Part shown: positions 37,154-46,022 of the stretch, one piece after another
How the letters are laid out: the number at the start of each line of letters is the position of its first letter
Numbering within the stretch: the first letter of the stretch is position 1
Virus genome (UHGV): UHGV-0208856
Source of the DNA: a virus
Strand: one strand, 5' to 3'
Length of the DNA stretch: 55,786 nt
Program-made: the position numbers and the translations under genes
Notes under the pieces: model-generated
Told to the model about the DNA's origin: nothing
Seen by the model: the letters and a program-made list of their open reading frames with translations, nothing else
Databases searched by the model: none

Positions 37154-37731
37154 TACAAGAAAACAAAAGCGCGACACTTTCGTGCAACAACGATCAGATA
37201 CTTTTTGAGCCGACAACTTACGGAATCGGCAGAGATGCCTTCAACCAAGGCAAGAACGCGCAGTACAAACCCGTCATTGAAGAAGAACTGCAACCGACAC
37301 TCGTTGCGAAGGGCGCGGGCGCGTGCATGGACATAGAATACCGTGTGCGCAGGCTCACGCCGACCGAATGCGCAAGGTTGCAGGGTTTTCCCGATGATTG
37401 GTGCGACAACGCCGGAGAGGGCGATGTTGAGTTTTTCCGCAAGGTGTTCGATACCTACTCTGAGCTGATGGGTGTAAAGAAGAAAACGGATAAGCAAATA
37501 TCAAAATGGCTTAAAAATCCGCGCACCGATGCCGCCGAATACAAAATGTGGGGCAACGGCGTAGCGCTTCCGTGCGTATGGTTCGTGCTTGCGGGTATAG
37601 TGTGGGAGAATGAAAATGAGGAGGAGCAGGAGGAATTCATATCCAAAGAAACGACGATGGATGCGCTGCGCGAAGTGATGGCAGGAAAAAACAATGCTAA
37701 CGATTCGACCGACCGAGAGGAGAAAAAATGA
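37150..37731 (+). CDS. C5 methyltransferase C-terminal part (motifs IX-X)
   Basis: VRRLTPTECARLQGFPD and YKMWGNGV. Confidence 0.88.
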   Translation: MIQENKSATLSCNNDQILFEPTTYGIGRDAFNQGKNAQYKPVIEEELQPTLVAKGAGACMDIEYRVRRLTPTECARLQGFPDDWCDNAGEGDVEFFRKVFDTYSELMGVKKKTDKQISKWLKNPRTDAAEYKMWGNGVALPCVWFVLAGIVWENENEEEQEEFISKETTMDALREVMAGKNNANDSTDREEKK

Positions 37732-37937
37732 TTATTAAAGCAGGAACAAAACTTACGGTAAAACATCGTCGCAAGGGCACTTTCGAGGGAGTGGCGGCAA
37801 AAGACTTTGATACGGAAATGACCGAATTTTACCCGATCATAACATCCGAATATGTTGAAGGAGCGGCGAACGAGTGGTATCCGGGCGATAAAATTGAATG
37901 CCGAAACACCCTTTGCAAAATTCAACCGCACGACTGA
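37728..37937 (+). CDS. Hypothetical protein (69 aa)
   Basis: SD gaggag, ATGA overlap. Confidence 0.55.
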   Translation: MIIKAGTKLTVKHRRKGTFEGVAAKDFDTEMTEFYPIITSEYVEGAANEWYPGDKIECRNTLCKIQPHD

Positions 37938-37949
37938 GGGGGAAAAGAA

Positions 37950-38399
37950 ATGCTGAAAGCGTGGCAACGCAACGGAACGCGCCGTCCGTTTCCCGCACTG
38001 TACGAAGCGGCAAAACTGTACGGCAGAGAGATATATTTCGACTGTCCAAATTATGTTGAGCCGAAACATTGCCGATGGTGCGGGAAACCTTTAAGCGGCA
38101 GACGTAAAAGCTTCTGCTCCGACGAATGTAGTCAAGAGTACGCCCGTATAACGGTATGGAATCGTGGGCGCGATCCATATTCGTTGCGAATACTGTACCG
38201 CGACAATTTTACCTGCCAAAAATGTGGGACATTCCATGCTTTTAAGAATCAACACGGGATATTTATTCCCATAGACGACGGAGAACTGAATGTTCATCAT
38301 ATCAAGGCTGTGTGCGTAGGTGGCGGCGACGAACCCGAAAATCTCATGACCCTTTGCGTGTCGTGCCATAAAGAATTACACAAAGTCAAACTGCAATAA
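37950..38399 (+). CDS. HNH endonuclease
   Basis: CRWC..FCS..C, RDNFTCQKCG, VHHI, NL.TLC..CH..H. Confidence 0.9.
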   Translation: MLKAWQRNGTRRPFPALYEAAKLYGREIYFDCPNYVEPKHCRWCGKPLSGRRKSFCSDECSQEYARITVWNRGRDPYSLRILYRDNFTCQKCGTFHAFKNQHGIFIPIDDGELNVHHIKAVCVGGGDEPENLMTLCVSCHKELHKVKLQ

Positions 38400-38409
38400 G
38401 AAGGTTATC

Positions 38410-39901
38410 ATGCTGAAAACATACTACATAATCACGAAAGGTGAAAAGTACGAACGGGTTATCGGGAATGTAAAGAAAGTTAAAATGCCCGATGGTTCGA
38501 AAATCGAAGTAGGCATTGCGCTGTGCGAGTACAAAGGTGTGCGGTGGTTCATTCTGATAGACATTCGCTCGGGGCTTGAACTGACAAACGGTCTGACAGC
38601 CCGTGCGGCGGTGGCAAACTTCACGCGGGATAGAAAGGAACGGTATCTTAAAAAGATACGCCATCCCGAATACATCCGTCTTGCGGAACAGCTCGAACGA
38701 TTCAAGAGAGGAGAAACGAAATGACATACGAACAAGCATTGAACTTTGACCAAAAATGGACGGCAAAACAAGCGTTCAACGACCTTGAAAGGTACTTGCT
38801 ACGGCAGGAGCCGCCCGCAATGAAAGCGGTTGCGCTCGGTATGCAGGCGCTCGAAAAGCAGATGCCGCAGAAATGCACGGTGACAACATTATTCGAGGAT
38901 GAGGACGAAGAAACGGGCAAAAAACACACATGGATATTCAACCTATGCCCTGCCTGCGCAAATAACATAGCGTTGAGAGAATACAAGTTTTGCCCGTATT
39001 GCGGGCAAGCGGTAGACAGAGGTGACGAGGAATGAAAGCAGTGCGACCGCCGAAGAAACCCGCACAGACTTGCGGAGACTGCATACACGAATACGCTTGC
39101 GCAATGTGGAATGTCGGAAGCCTTCACAACGCAGATGCAACGCATTGCACGAATTACGAAACCGTGAAGCAGAGCGCCGCGTACTTCTGCGGACGGTTGG
39201 ACAGGGAAAGAGAACTTTTAGACAGAGGTGAGAAATAATGTCATTCAGAGACTACGGAGAAAGCAAAAACGTCAAAATCCCCGAAGAACAAGAGAAAATG
39301 ATGGACATCATGTGCGAAGCGTGGGAGCAGTGCCTTAACAGGTGCGACTGCGTTGACAACTGCCCCGACAGAGCGGGTCAGAACATGAGGCTTGCAATGT
39401 GCATGGCACTGAAACAGTCGCGCTTGCTTGCGGAAGCGGGGTATGCGCCCGTGGTGAGGTGCAAGGACTGTCTCTACTGGGAAAGCGTTACTGGGATTTG
39501 TCATATAAATTCGCAATTCTACAACGGCGGCGAACAGTGGGATATGTTCCGAGCTGACGATTATTGCAGTCAAGGAGAAAGGAAAGAAGATAATGCCGAA
39601 ATACATAAATGCTGACGAAATGCTTGAAGATGAAGGCGCGGCATACAAAGCGGCGCAACAGAAGGTGAGAAGTGGGCAGAATCGGAGAGTAAACAGCATG
39701 GTTCATATAAAACTGAATCAGCTTTTGTATGATGCGCCCGCCGCCGATGTGCAAGAAGTGAAATACGCGATATGGTTTCGCGATCCCGCGAAACGCAATA
39801 GCTGGTGCTGCTCCCGGTGCGGTAAGTGTGCTGTGTCGGACTGCCATATGTGGATATTGACAAATTACTGCCCTCACTGCGGGGCAAAAATGGAGGATTG
39901 A
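38410..39901 (+). other. Cluster of five small accessory ORFs (38410-38724, 38721-39035, 39032-39238, 39238-39615, 39593-39901), several with Zn-ribbon motifs
   Basis: Coupled starts with SD sites; CPxC...CPxCG and CxDC motifs typical of Clostridia phage middle regions. Confidence 0.65.
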
Positions 39902-39903
39902 AA

Positions 39904-40221
39904 ATGATACATGAGCTTAAATGTGAAAGGCGCTTTTTCACAAAAGTCAGCGAAGGCAAAAAGACTTTTGAAATCCGCAAAAACGACCGTGATTTTCAAG
40001 TGGGCGATTACCTTGCGCTGAACGAAACGGATAGAGAGGACGGCGAAGATTACTACACCGGAAATTCTCTTGTCGTCCGTGTGGGGTACATACTGGACGA
40101 TGAAGCATATGTGCCGAAGGGATATGTCGGGATGAGTATAACGCTCGCGAAAATCTCTTGCGGCAATGAATCATTATTCACGCAAAAGGCAAATATACGC
40201 CCGATAAGGAGAGAAAAATGA
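39904..40221 (+). CDS. ASCH/PUA-like (DUF3850) protein
   Basis: IHELK...F..V..G.KTFEIRKNDRDFQVGD.L.L.E signature. Confidence 0.85.
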   Translation: MIHELKCERRFFTKVSEGKKTFEIRKNDRDFQVGDYLALNETDREDGEDYYTGNSLVVRVGYILDDEAYVPKGYVGMSITLAKISCGNESLFTQKANIRPIRREK

Positions 40222-40505
40222 GAGAATACAAAATGAGCAAAACCTACATTGCCATACCGCCCGGCGCAACCATTGAAGAACAGCTTGAAGATCGCGGCAT
40301 GACCGCGAAAGACCTTGCCGAAAAGCTGGGGTGGACAGAGAAATATGTGGAAGCGCTTCTTAACGGCGAAACCCCGCTTACACCGTATGTTGCCGAGTGC
40401 CTTGAAGTGGCGCTCGGCATACCCGCGGGATTCTGGATAAGATACGAAGCAGGCTACCGCGAAAAACTCGTCATGATAGAGGAGGAAAACGGAAAGTGCC
40501 GATGA
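40218..40505 (+). CDS. HigA-family HTH protein (orphan antitoxin-like)
   Basis: IPPG.TI.E.LE.RGM...DLA..LG......LLNG...LT...A..LE..LG.PA.FW signature. Confidence 0.8.
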   Translation: MREYKMSKTYIAIPPGATIEEQLEDRGMTAKDLAEKLGWTEKYVEALLNGETPLTPYVAECLEVALGIPAGFWIRYEAGYREKLVMIEEENGKCR

Positions 40506-41394
40506 ATAATCAAGTCACCGTTGTCGTCTACCGCGAATCGCAACCCTATCCCATACGACACATCACCACATGCCGAAACTACACCGGAGAAAAGGATTAC
40601 ATGGCGTGGTATGAAAGCGTATTCCGAACATACGGCGATGAAGTCATAAAGATATGCGGCACGGCGGATGAGGCGGTACGATTCGTTGAGGGGCTTGCTG
40701 CAAAAAGCAAGCTCAAAACGGAGGGCGCGAATGAACGATAAATATTCTTCCCTTCTGGCAAAGCAGGCTTTGTGCGATATGGTGAATCAGTTTGCTTATA
40801 ACGCGAAACCGTATTACAGAAAGCCCGCGCTGCACCACGGCGGACTTTCCGCTCTCGAATCGGCGTTTATTGCGCTTGAAACGATGGGCGCGCGGTTCAC
40901 CGCCGATGGGCGGCTGCCGCGAAAAGAGCTTATGCGCGTGTGGAACGAAATAGAAAAGGAGATAGATGAGTATGACGATTAAAGAAGCCATACATACGCT
41001 TTTGCACAGTGAAGGCGAAAAAGATGCGGGGAAAGCGAAAGAGGCTCGTAGCATGGGAATAGATGCGCTGGAAGAAATCAGCAAGAGGTATCCCCGCTGC
41101 AAAAACTGCGGTAACGAGATCAATAAACTCGAACTCACATTTGTACGGCAGGACGGCAGAAAGGAAAACGGCGTTTTCCCATTGCGTGACGTTCGGAACA
41201 GCGGAAGTTTAAGTCTCGTTGCTAACAATGTAATGATAAAGAACGTGGGAAAACCCGAAGGTGTGCGGTGCCCACATTGCAAAAAGGTGCCCTTTGAGGA
41301 TATGGAAGTGCATATATACCCATGCACCCTCATTTTGTGTACGGCACCATCACTGATTGAAACAAAGGAGCCGAAATGCACGAACAAGAAGTAA
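40502..41394 (+). other. Three small accessory ORFs (40502-40741, 40731-40982, 40966-41394)
   Basis: Coupled ORFs; the last has two CxxC pairs. Confidence 0.55.
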
Positions 41395-41657
41395 AAGCAC
41401 CCGTACGCGATATGGTAAACCATCCATCCCACTACACGAACGGCGAGATAGAGTGTATCGACGCTATAAAGGCTTCGATGAGCAAGGACGAATTTCTCGG
41501 TTATCTGAAAGGCAACGCCATGAAATATGTGTGGCGATATCGCTTAAAGGGCAAGCCGCGCGAGGACTTAGAGAAAGCAAACTTTTATCTGAACCGTTTG
41601 CATGACGAAATCGCAAAGGAGAGAACGCTTGAAGAATGGGTAAAAGAAAATATGTGA
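41376..41657 (+). CDS. DUF3310 family protein (T7 gp1.7-related)
   Basis: DMVNHPSHY..G.IECIDAI...GNA.KY.WR...K...EDL.KA..YL. Confidence 0.88.
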   Translation: MHEQEVKAPVRDMVNHPSHYTNGEIECIDAIKASMSKDEFLGYLKGNAMKYVWRYRLKGKPREDLEKANFYLNRLHDEIAKERTLEEWVKENM

Positions 41658-41935
41658 ATTTCGACCGTGCCGTGCGCATGATGTGCCGTGAAGTGCTTTT
41701 AACCGCCGTCAGAGATTGGCGGCGGTTGTACCGCACGGGCAAGACGAGCGGTGTCGTGCTTAATGTTGCGGCATACGGTGTGGTGGAGCTTGAACACTTC
41801 TTTGAAAGCGACATTTTCTGTTGGATGTGCGCAATATGCGGTCTGTACCCGAATGATGTTGAAACGCAGCTCCGCAACGAACGCATACGGTATTTGAGAA
41901 ACGGGGAAAATCATGGCAGAGCAAATCGCACTTAA
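41636..41935 (+). CDS. Hypothetical protein (99 aa)
   Basis: SD aaggag; AVRDW...LEHFF.S pattern seen in phage middle genes. Confidence 0.5.
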   Translation: MGKRKYVNFDRAVRMMCREVLLTAVRDWRRLYRTGKTSGVVLNVAAYGVVELEHFFESDIFCWMCAICGLYPNDVETQLRNERIRYLRNGENHGRANRT

Positions 41936-42704
41936 TTGTGACTGCATGGAGTATATGCGCACCGTCCCCGACAAGTATTTCGACCTCGCTTGTGTTGACC
42001 CGCCTTACGGCGATGCTTCACAATCTGTTAATGCAGAGAGAGCCGACCCCCGCGGAGCGGAAATTCCGCAACGCGAAGGGGAGATTCGGAGGACACGGCA
42101 ACTGGGCAGACAAGTACGATCTTGGCAACGGTTCGGGGAGCGGTTCTCAAAATACGACCTCGGCGCGATGTCGCGGACGGGCGGGACGTGGGCGGCGAAA
42201 TACCAAACAGGGGGTATCTTTGACGAGGACATACGGACATGGGACAAAGCGCCACCAAAAGAGTATTTCGATGAGCTTTTCCGAATAAGCAAGAACCAAA
42301 TTATATGGGGCGGCAACTACTTTGACTTGCCGCCGACGCGGTGCTTCATCATACTGCGCAAGAAGCAAGTGCCGACGGAGGGCTTTTCCATGTCACCCGT
42401 TGAATACGCATGGACAAGCTTCTTCCGAAACGCCGAAATGTATGAAGCATACACGAACGGCGGAAGCGGCAGAGAGGACAGATTCCACCCAACGCAGAAG
42501 CCGATTGAACTCTACGAATGGACATTCCGCAAGTTTGCCAATGCCGGAGATCGCATTATCGACACGCACCTCGGAAGCGGTTCAAGCCGAATCGCGGCTT
42601 ATCGGCTGGGGCTTGAATTTGTCGGCTGTGAGCTTTACAAGCCGTATTCCGACAAGTCTTGTGAGAGATTCGAGCGCGAAACGGCGCAATCCACCCTATT
42701 TTGA
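41913..42704 (+). CDS. N6-adenine/N4-cytosine DNA methyltransferase (beta class)
   Basis: DPPY catalytic motif, IIWGGNYF, HPTQKP, and SAM-binding DTHLGSGS C-terminal to it. Confidence 0.92.
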   Translation: MAEQIALNCDCMEYMRTVPDKYFDLACVDPPYGDASQSVNAERADPRGAEIPQREGEIRRTRQLGRQVRSWQRFGERFSKYDLGAMSRTGGTWAAKYQTGGIFDEDIRTWDKAPPKEYFDELFRISKNQIIWGGNYFDLPPTRCFIILRKKQVPTEGFSMSPVEYAWTSFFRNAEMYEAYTNGGSGREDRFHPTQKPIELYEWTFRKFANAGDRIIDTHLGSGSSRIAAYRLGLEFVGCELYKPYSDKSCERFERETAQSTLF

Positions 42705-42746
42705 CCGCAAAAAGCGGTTTCGCGCAGTTTCTCACGCGGGGCAAAC

Positions 42747-42775
42747 TTGACAAATCGCCATTTATATGATATTTT
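42747..42775 (+). promoter_or_regulatory. Candidate late/packaging operon promoter
   Basis: TTGACA, 17 bp, TATTTT with extended TG, before the packaging genes. Confidence 0.6.
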
Positions 42776-42885
42776 AAGGGCAGAACACAAGATGTTGTGC
42801 AGAACTGCAACGGCAAAAACAAAATGTTGCGGTTTTGAGCGTCTGTGTCCTGCCCTTAATTTGTTTTGCGGAGGAGGAGCGAAGC

Positions 42886-43821
42886 GTGGCAAAGAACGAC
42901 AGACAGCTTGCGGCATATTTCGAAGTGCTTGAAGCTACGAACGGAACGCATATCGCCCTCTTTATCATGTGCGGGATAACCGACACGGCGTTCGTGCCGT
43001 CGCTTGTCCCCGAGGACATTTGCAGAATGAAGGGCGACCACTGGAAGATTTACAAAGCCTCGATAGATAAAAGCGGCGAAAACGGCGGATTCAAAAGCGG
43101 AATCACGGACATTCGCCGAGTTTTCGGCAAAAATCTTTCCGAAAATGACCTCGGAAAGTTTCTCAACAACGAAAGAATAAAGCCCGGCACGGAAGCACAG
43201 CGCCGCAAATGGGGAACGGAGCCGCTTTACAAGGATTTCCCGCTTACCAACGAGCGGTACGACGAGCTTGATGAAAAATACGAAAGCTGGCTTCAACGCT
43301 ATAAAGGCGTGACGATTGATCCGCGCATGGAAGAAACGCTCGTCACGGTCTGCAAGCGTTCGCTCGTTGCAAACTGGCTTTTCGCAAAGTCGGAAATAAA
43401 GGAATCCGCCGCCATTCAGAAAATGAATGATGATATGCTTGCCGCAGAGCAAATGCGCAAGAAAGACGAAAAGCCTGTTGAAAATATGCGCATGGACGCG
43501 CTCGTTGTGGCGCTTGAAAAGGCTGGGCTTATGGAGGAAGGGCAACTGCTTTCGTATGACGATCTTGTCGAAGCCCTTCGCGATAACTTCCTCAAAAGCC
43601 CGAAGTACCAATATTCGCTCGATGTTGCAGACCAACTGATACTTGCTTCATACAACACAATGCGCAAGAATGGCGATATGCCGACCGTCATTGACTTGCC
43701 CGATGAGATGTTGCCCGAAGATGCGTATGGCGAGTTTCTGCCCGAAGAAACGGAGCAGGAGCGCAAAAATCGCGAATATGCGGGATTGACCCGTGTGCGC
43801 CCGGCAAAAGGTGACGAATAA
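42886..43821 (+). CDS. Protein upstream of the large terminase (small-terminase position)
   Basis: GTG start with SD ggaggagg; TAATG overlap with the terminase gene. Function from position. Confidence 0.55.
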   Translation: MAKNDRQLAAYFEVLEATNGTHIALFIMCGITDTAFVPSLVPEDICRMKGDHWKIYKASIDKSGENGGFKSGITDIRRVFGKNLSENDLGKFLNNERIKPGTEAQRRKWGTEPLYKDFPLTNERYDELDEKYESWLQRYKGVTIDPRMEETLVTVCKRSLVANWLFAKSEIKESAAIQKMNDDMLAAEQMRKKDEKPVENMRMDALVVALEKAGLMEEGQLLSYDDLVEALRDNFLKSPKYQYSLDVADQLILASYNTMRKNGDMPTVIDLPDEMLPEDAYGEFLPEETEQERKNREYAGLTRVRPAKGDE

Positions 43822-45689
43822 TGCCGACAGCATACGGCGGCGGCAAGATGTCCTTCAACAGGAAGGCTGGAAAGTGGGAAAAAGTTTCTACTGAAAAAGC
43901 GTTCGATTATGAGAATGTAGATCCTCGGAGCGCCGCGCTTCTGGTCTCGTTCTTCCGATACTATCCCGATTATTTCTTTGACCTTCTCCGCGCAGATAAC
44001 GCGCCTTTCGGGCTTGAACTTGTCCAGCGCGTAATGATGAGGATAAATGCGCGGTACAGGAATGTATATACCACGGGTGCAAGAGGTATAACGAAAACCT
44101 TTGTGCTTATAGGCGGCAAGCTTCATCAAGGCACATTTTATCCCGGCGTAAAAACGCGCTATTTCGCACCCGCACAGAAACAAAGTGCTTTGCTTGCTTC
44201 AAGCACATTCTCAACGCTCGAACAGTGCTACCCTGCGATAACGGGGATATGGAATCGCAACAATGACCGCGCGGAAATGTTCCGCATATCCACAAGCTAC
44301 GGCTCGGAATTTACGATGTACGCGCCTCGCGGCGATTCGTTCTCAACGATAGTCGGTGAAGAAATGGCGCAGGAAGGCGAAAACGGCTTTCCTTTCGATG
44401 ATTTTGAGAACGAAACAAAGAAGGGCTTGCGTTTGGAGCGCCGCGTAAATAACGCGAAAGACAGGTGCTTCCCGCAATTACAGCAATGCTACATATCCAA
44501 CGCGGCTTCACGGCAGAATAAAGCCTTTGCGATATACCGCGCAACGGCGTTGAAGCAGATGATGTTCGGCGAAAAGTACGACGGATTCTGCATAGATATA
44601 CCGTGGCAAGTCGCTTTGATGTGCAACCTCCGCTCCATTGAGTATTACAAAAACGAACGCGCTACATCAACGCAGGAAGCGTGGATGCGCGAAATGGAAG
44701 CGCTTTATATCGGCACGGATGAAAACCCGCTGATAAATGACGAAGTGCTTGCGAGAAGCCGCAGGCTGAAAGCTGTCGAGTTTGAGCATTGCGGCGACAC
44801 GGAAGCGACATATATTGTCGCACACGATGTCTCGTATGCAGACGGACGAAAAAACGCCGAGTGCGCGGATGTTGTGTTGAAGCTTACGCCCTTTACAAAC
44901 CGCGACAAAAAGGATAAATTCCGCAAGCAAGCGGTATTCATGGACAGTTACCCGCCGCCTCCGTCGGCATATCTGCAAGCAAAGAAACTGAAAGAGCTTT
45001 GGAAGAAGTATTGCCTTGACGGCGGCAAAACGACATATATTGTCGTTGACGCGCAGGCATACGGCACAGAAATCGTCGAGGAATTGATGAAGCCGCCGGA
45101 GGACGGAATGCCGCCGCTGTGCTGTATCAATCACGAAATGTCGGCGCTCGAACAGCCGGGCGCGTTGCCCGTCATAATGCCGCTGAAAGCCGGAACATAC
45201 GGCACGGCAAACGCCGACGGTGCTATGATCGAATACGCACAGACGGAATTTGAGCGCGGAAATGTTGAATTGCCGATACCGAACGCGCTCGAAGGCGTGA
45301 ACGAGTACAAGAAAGCGCATGGTATAAAGAGTGACAAGGGCGATAGGATAATAATCCTGCCGTATCGCAAAAGCGACTTGCTTTGTCAGCAGATTGCGAA
45401 CCTCCGAACCCGCGTGAGCGGTCTTACGCGCAAAGAGGAACGCAAGACACAGGCGATACAGCGTGATATATGGTCGGCTTTGAAATACGCTTTGCGGCTT
45501 GCGCAGATACTTGAAGATGCGCGGCGCGTCGAACGTTACGCGGCAAAATCTTCATGGGGAGTAATGATCGCCGAAAGATACGGCGAAAACGCGGCGGAAA
45601 CGGCAGCTCCGACAACTATTCCGACAGTACCGCAGCTCACATCTCCCCGTGCGGAACTGCTTAAACAGAGAAAGGCGAGAAGGTCTTAA
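43821..45689 (+). CDS. terL: Terminase large subunit
   Basis: 622 aa; Walker A-like GARGITKT, Walker B-like IVGEE, nuclease acidic residues (VAHDVS, IVVD, RDIWSAL). Confidence 0.85.
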   Translation: MPTAYGGGKMSFNRKAGKWEKVSTEKAFDYENVDPRSAALLVSFFRYYPDYFFDLLRADNAPFGLELVQRVMMRINARYRNVYTTGARGITKTFVLIGGKLHQGTFYPGVKTRYFAPAQKQSALLASSTFSTLEQCYPAITGIWNRNNDRAEMFRISTSYGSEFTMYAPRGDSFSTIVGEEMAQEGENGFPFDDFENETKKGLRLERRVNNAKDRCFPQLQQCYISNAASRQNKAFAIYRATALKQMMFGEKYDGFCIDIPWQVALMCNLRSIEYYKNERATSTQEAWMREMEALYIGTDENPLINDEVLARSRRLKAVEFEHCGDTEATYIVAHDVSYADGRKNAECADVVLKLTPFTNRDKKDKFRKQAVFMDSYPPPPSAYLQAKKLKELWKKYCLDGGKTTYIVVDAQAYGTEIVEELMKPPEDGMPPLCCINHEMSALEQPGALPVIMPLKAGTYGTANADGAMIEYAQTEFERGNVELPIPNALEGVNEYKKAHGIKSDKGDRIIILPYRKSDLLCQQIANLRTRVSGLTRKEERKTQAIQRDIWSALKYALRLAQILEDARRVERYAAKSSWGVMIAERYGENAAETAAPTTIPTVPQLTSPRAELLKQRKARRS

Positions 45690-45692
45690 CTT

Positions 45693-46016
45693 ATGGAACA
45701 GAAAAAGTATTCCCTCTATGTAGGCGCTGTGCAGGAAACGCCGCACGGCATCACATATTCATATTGCGGCGGCAAGCTCACACGAATGCTCGTGTATTCG
45801 ACACGCAAGCCGAAAGGCTCGTTTGCAAAGCTTCCCGCCGAACTGTATACAAAGCTCACAGCAGATGAAAAAGCGTGGCTTGCGCAGTGCCAGACGGCTA
45901 TAAACGCCGAATACATAAGCGCGAATGCAGAGAAGATAAAAGTCACGCTTGACGAGCTGCTGGACAACCTCGAAAGAGAATTGAAACGGGAAACCGAAAA
46001 CGCCGCAAAGGAGTAA
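45693..46016 (+). CDS. Hypothetical protein (107 aa)
   Basis: Between terminase and portal. Confidence 0.55.
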   Translation: MEQKKYSLYVGAVQETPHGITYSYCGGKLTRMLVYSTRKPKGSFAKLPAELYTKLTADEKAWLAQCQTAINAEYISANAEKIKVTLDELLDNLERELKRETENAAKE

Positions 46017-46022
46017 AATTCC

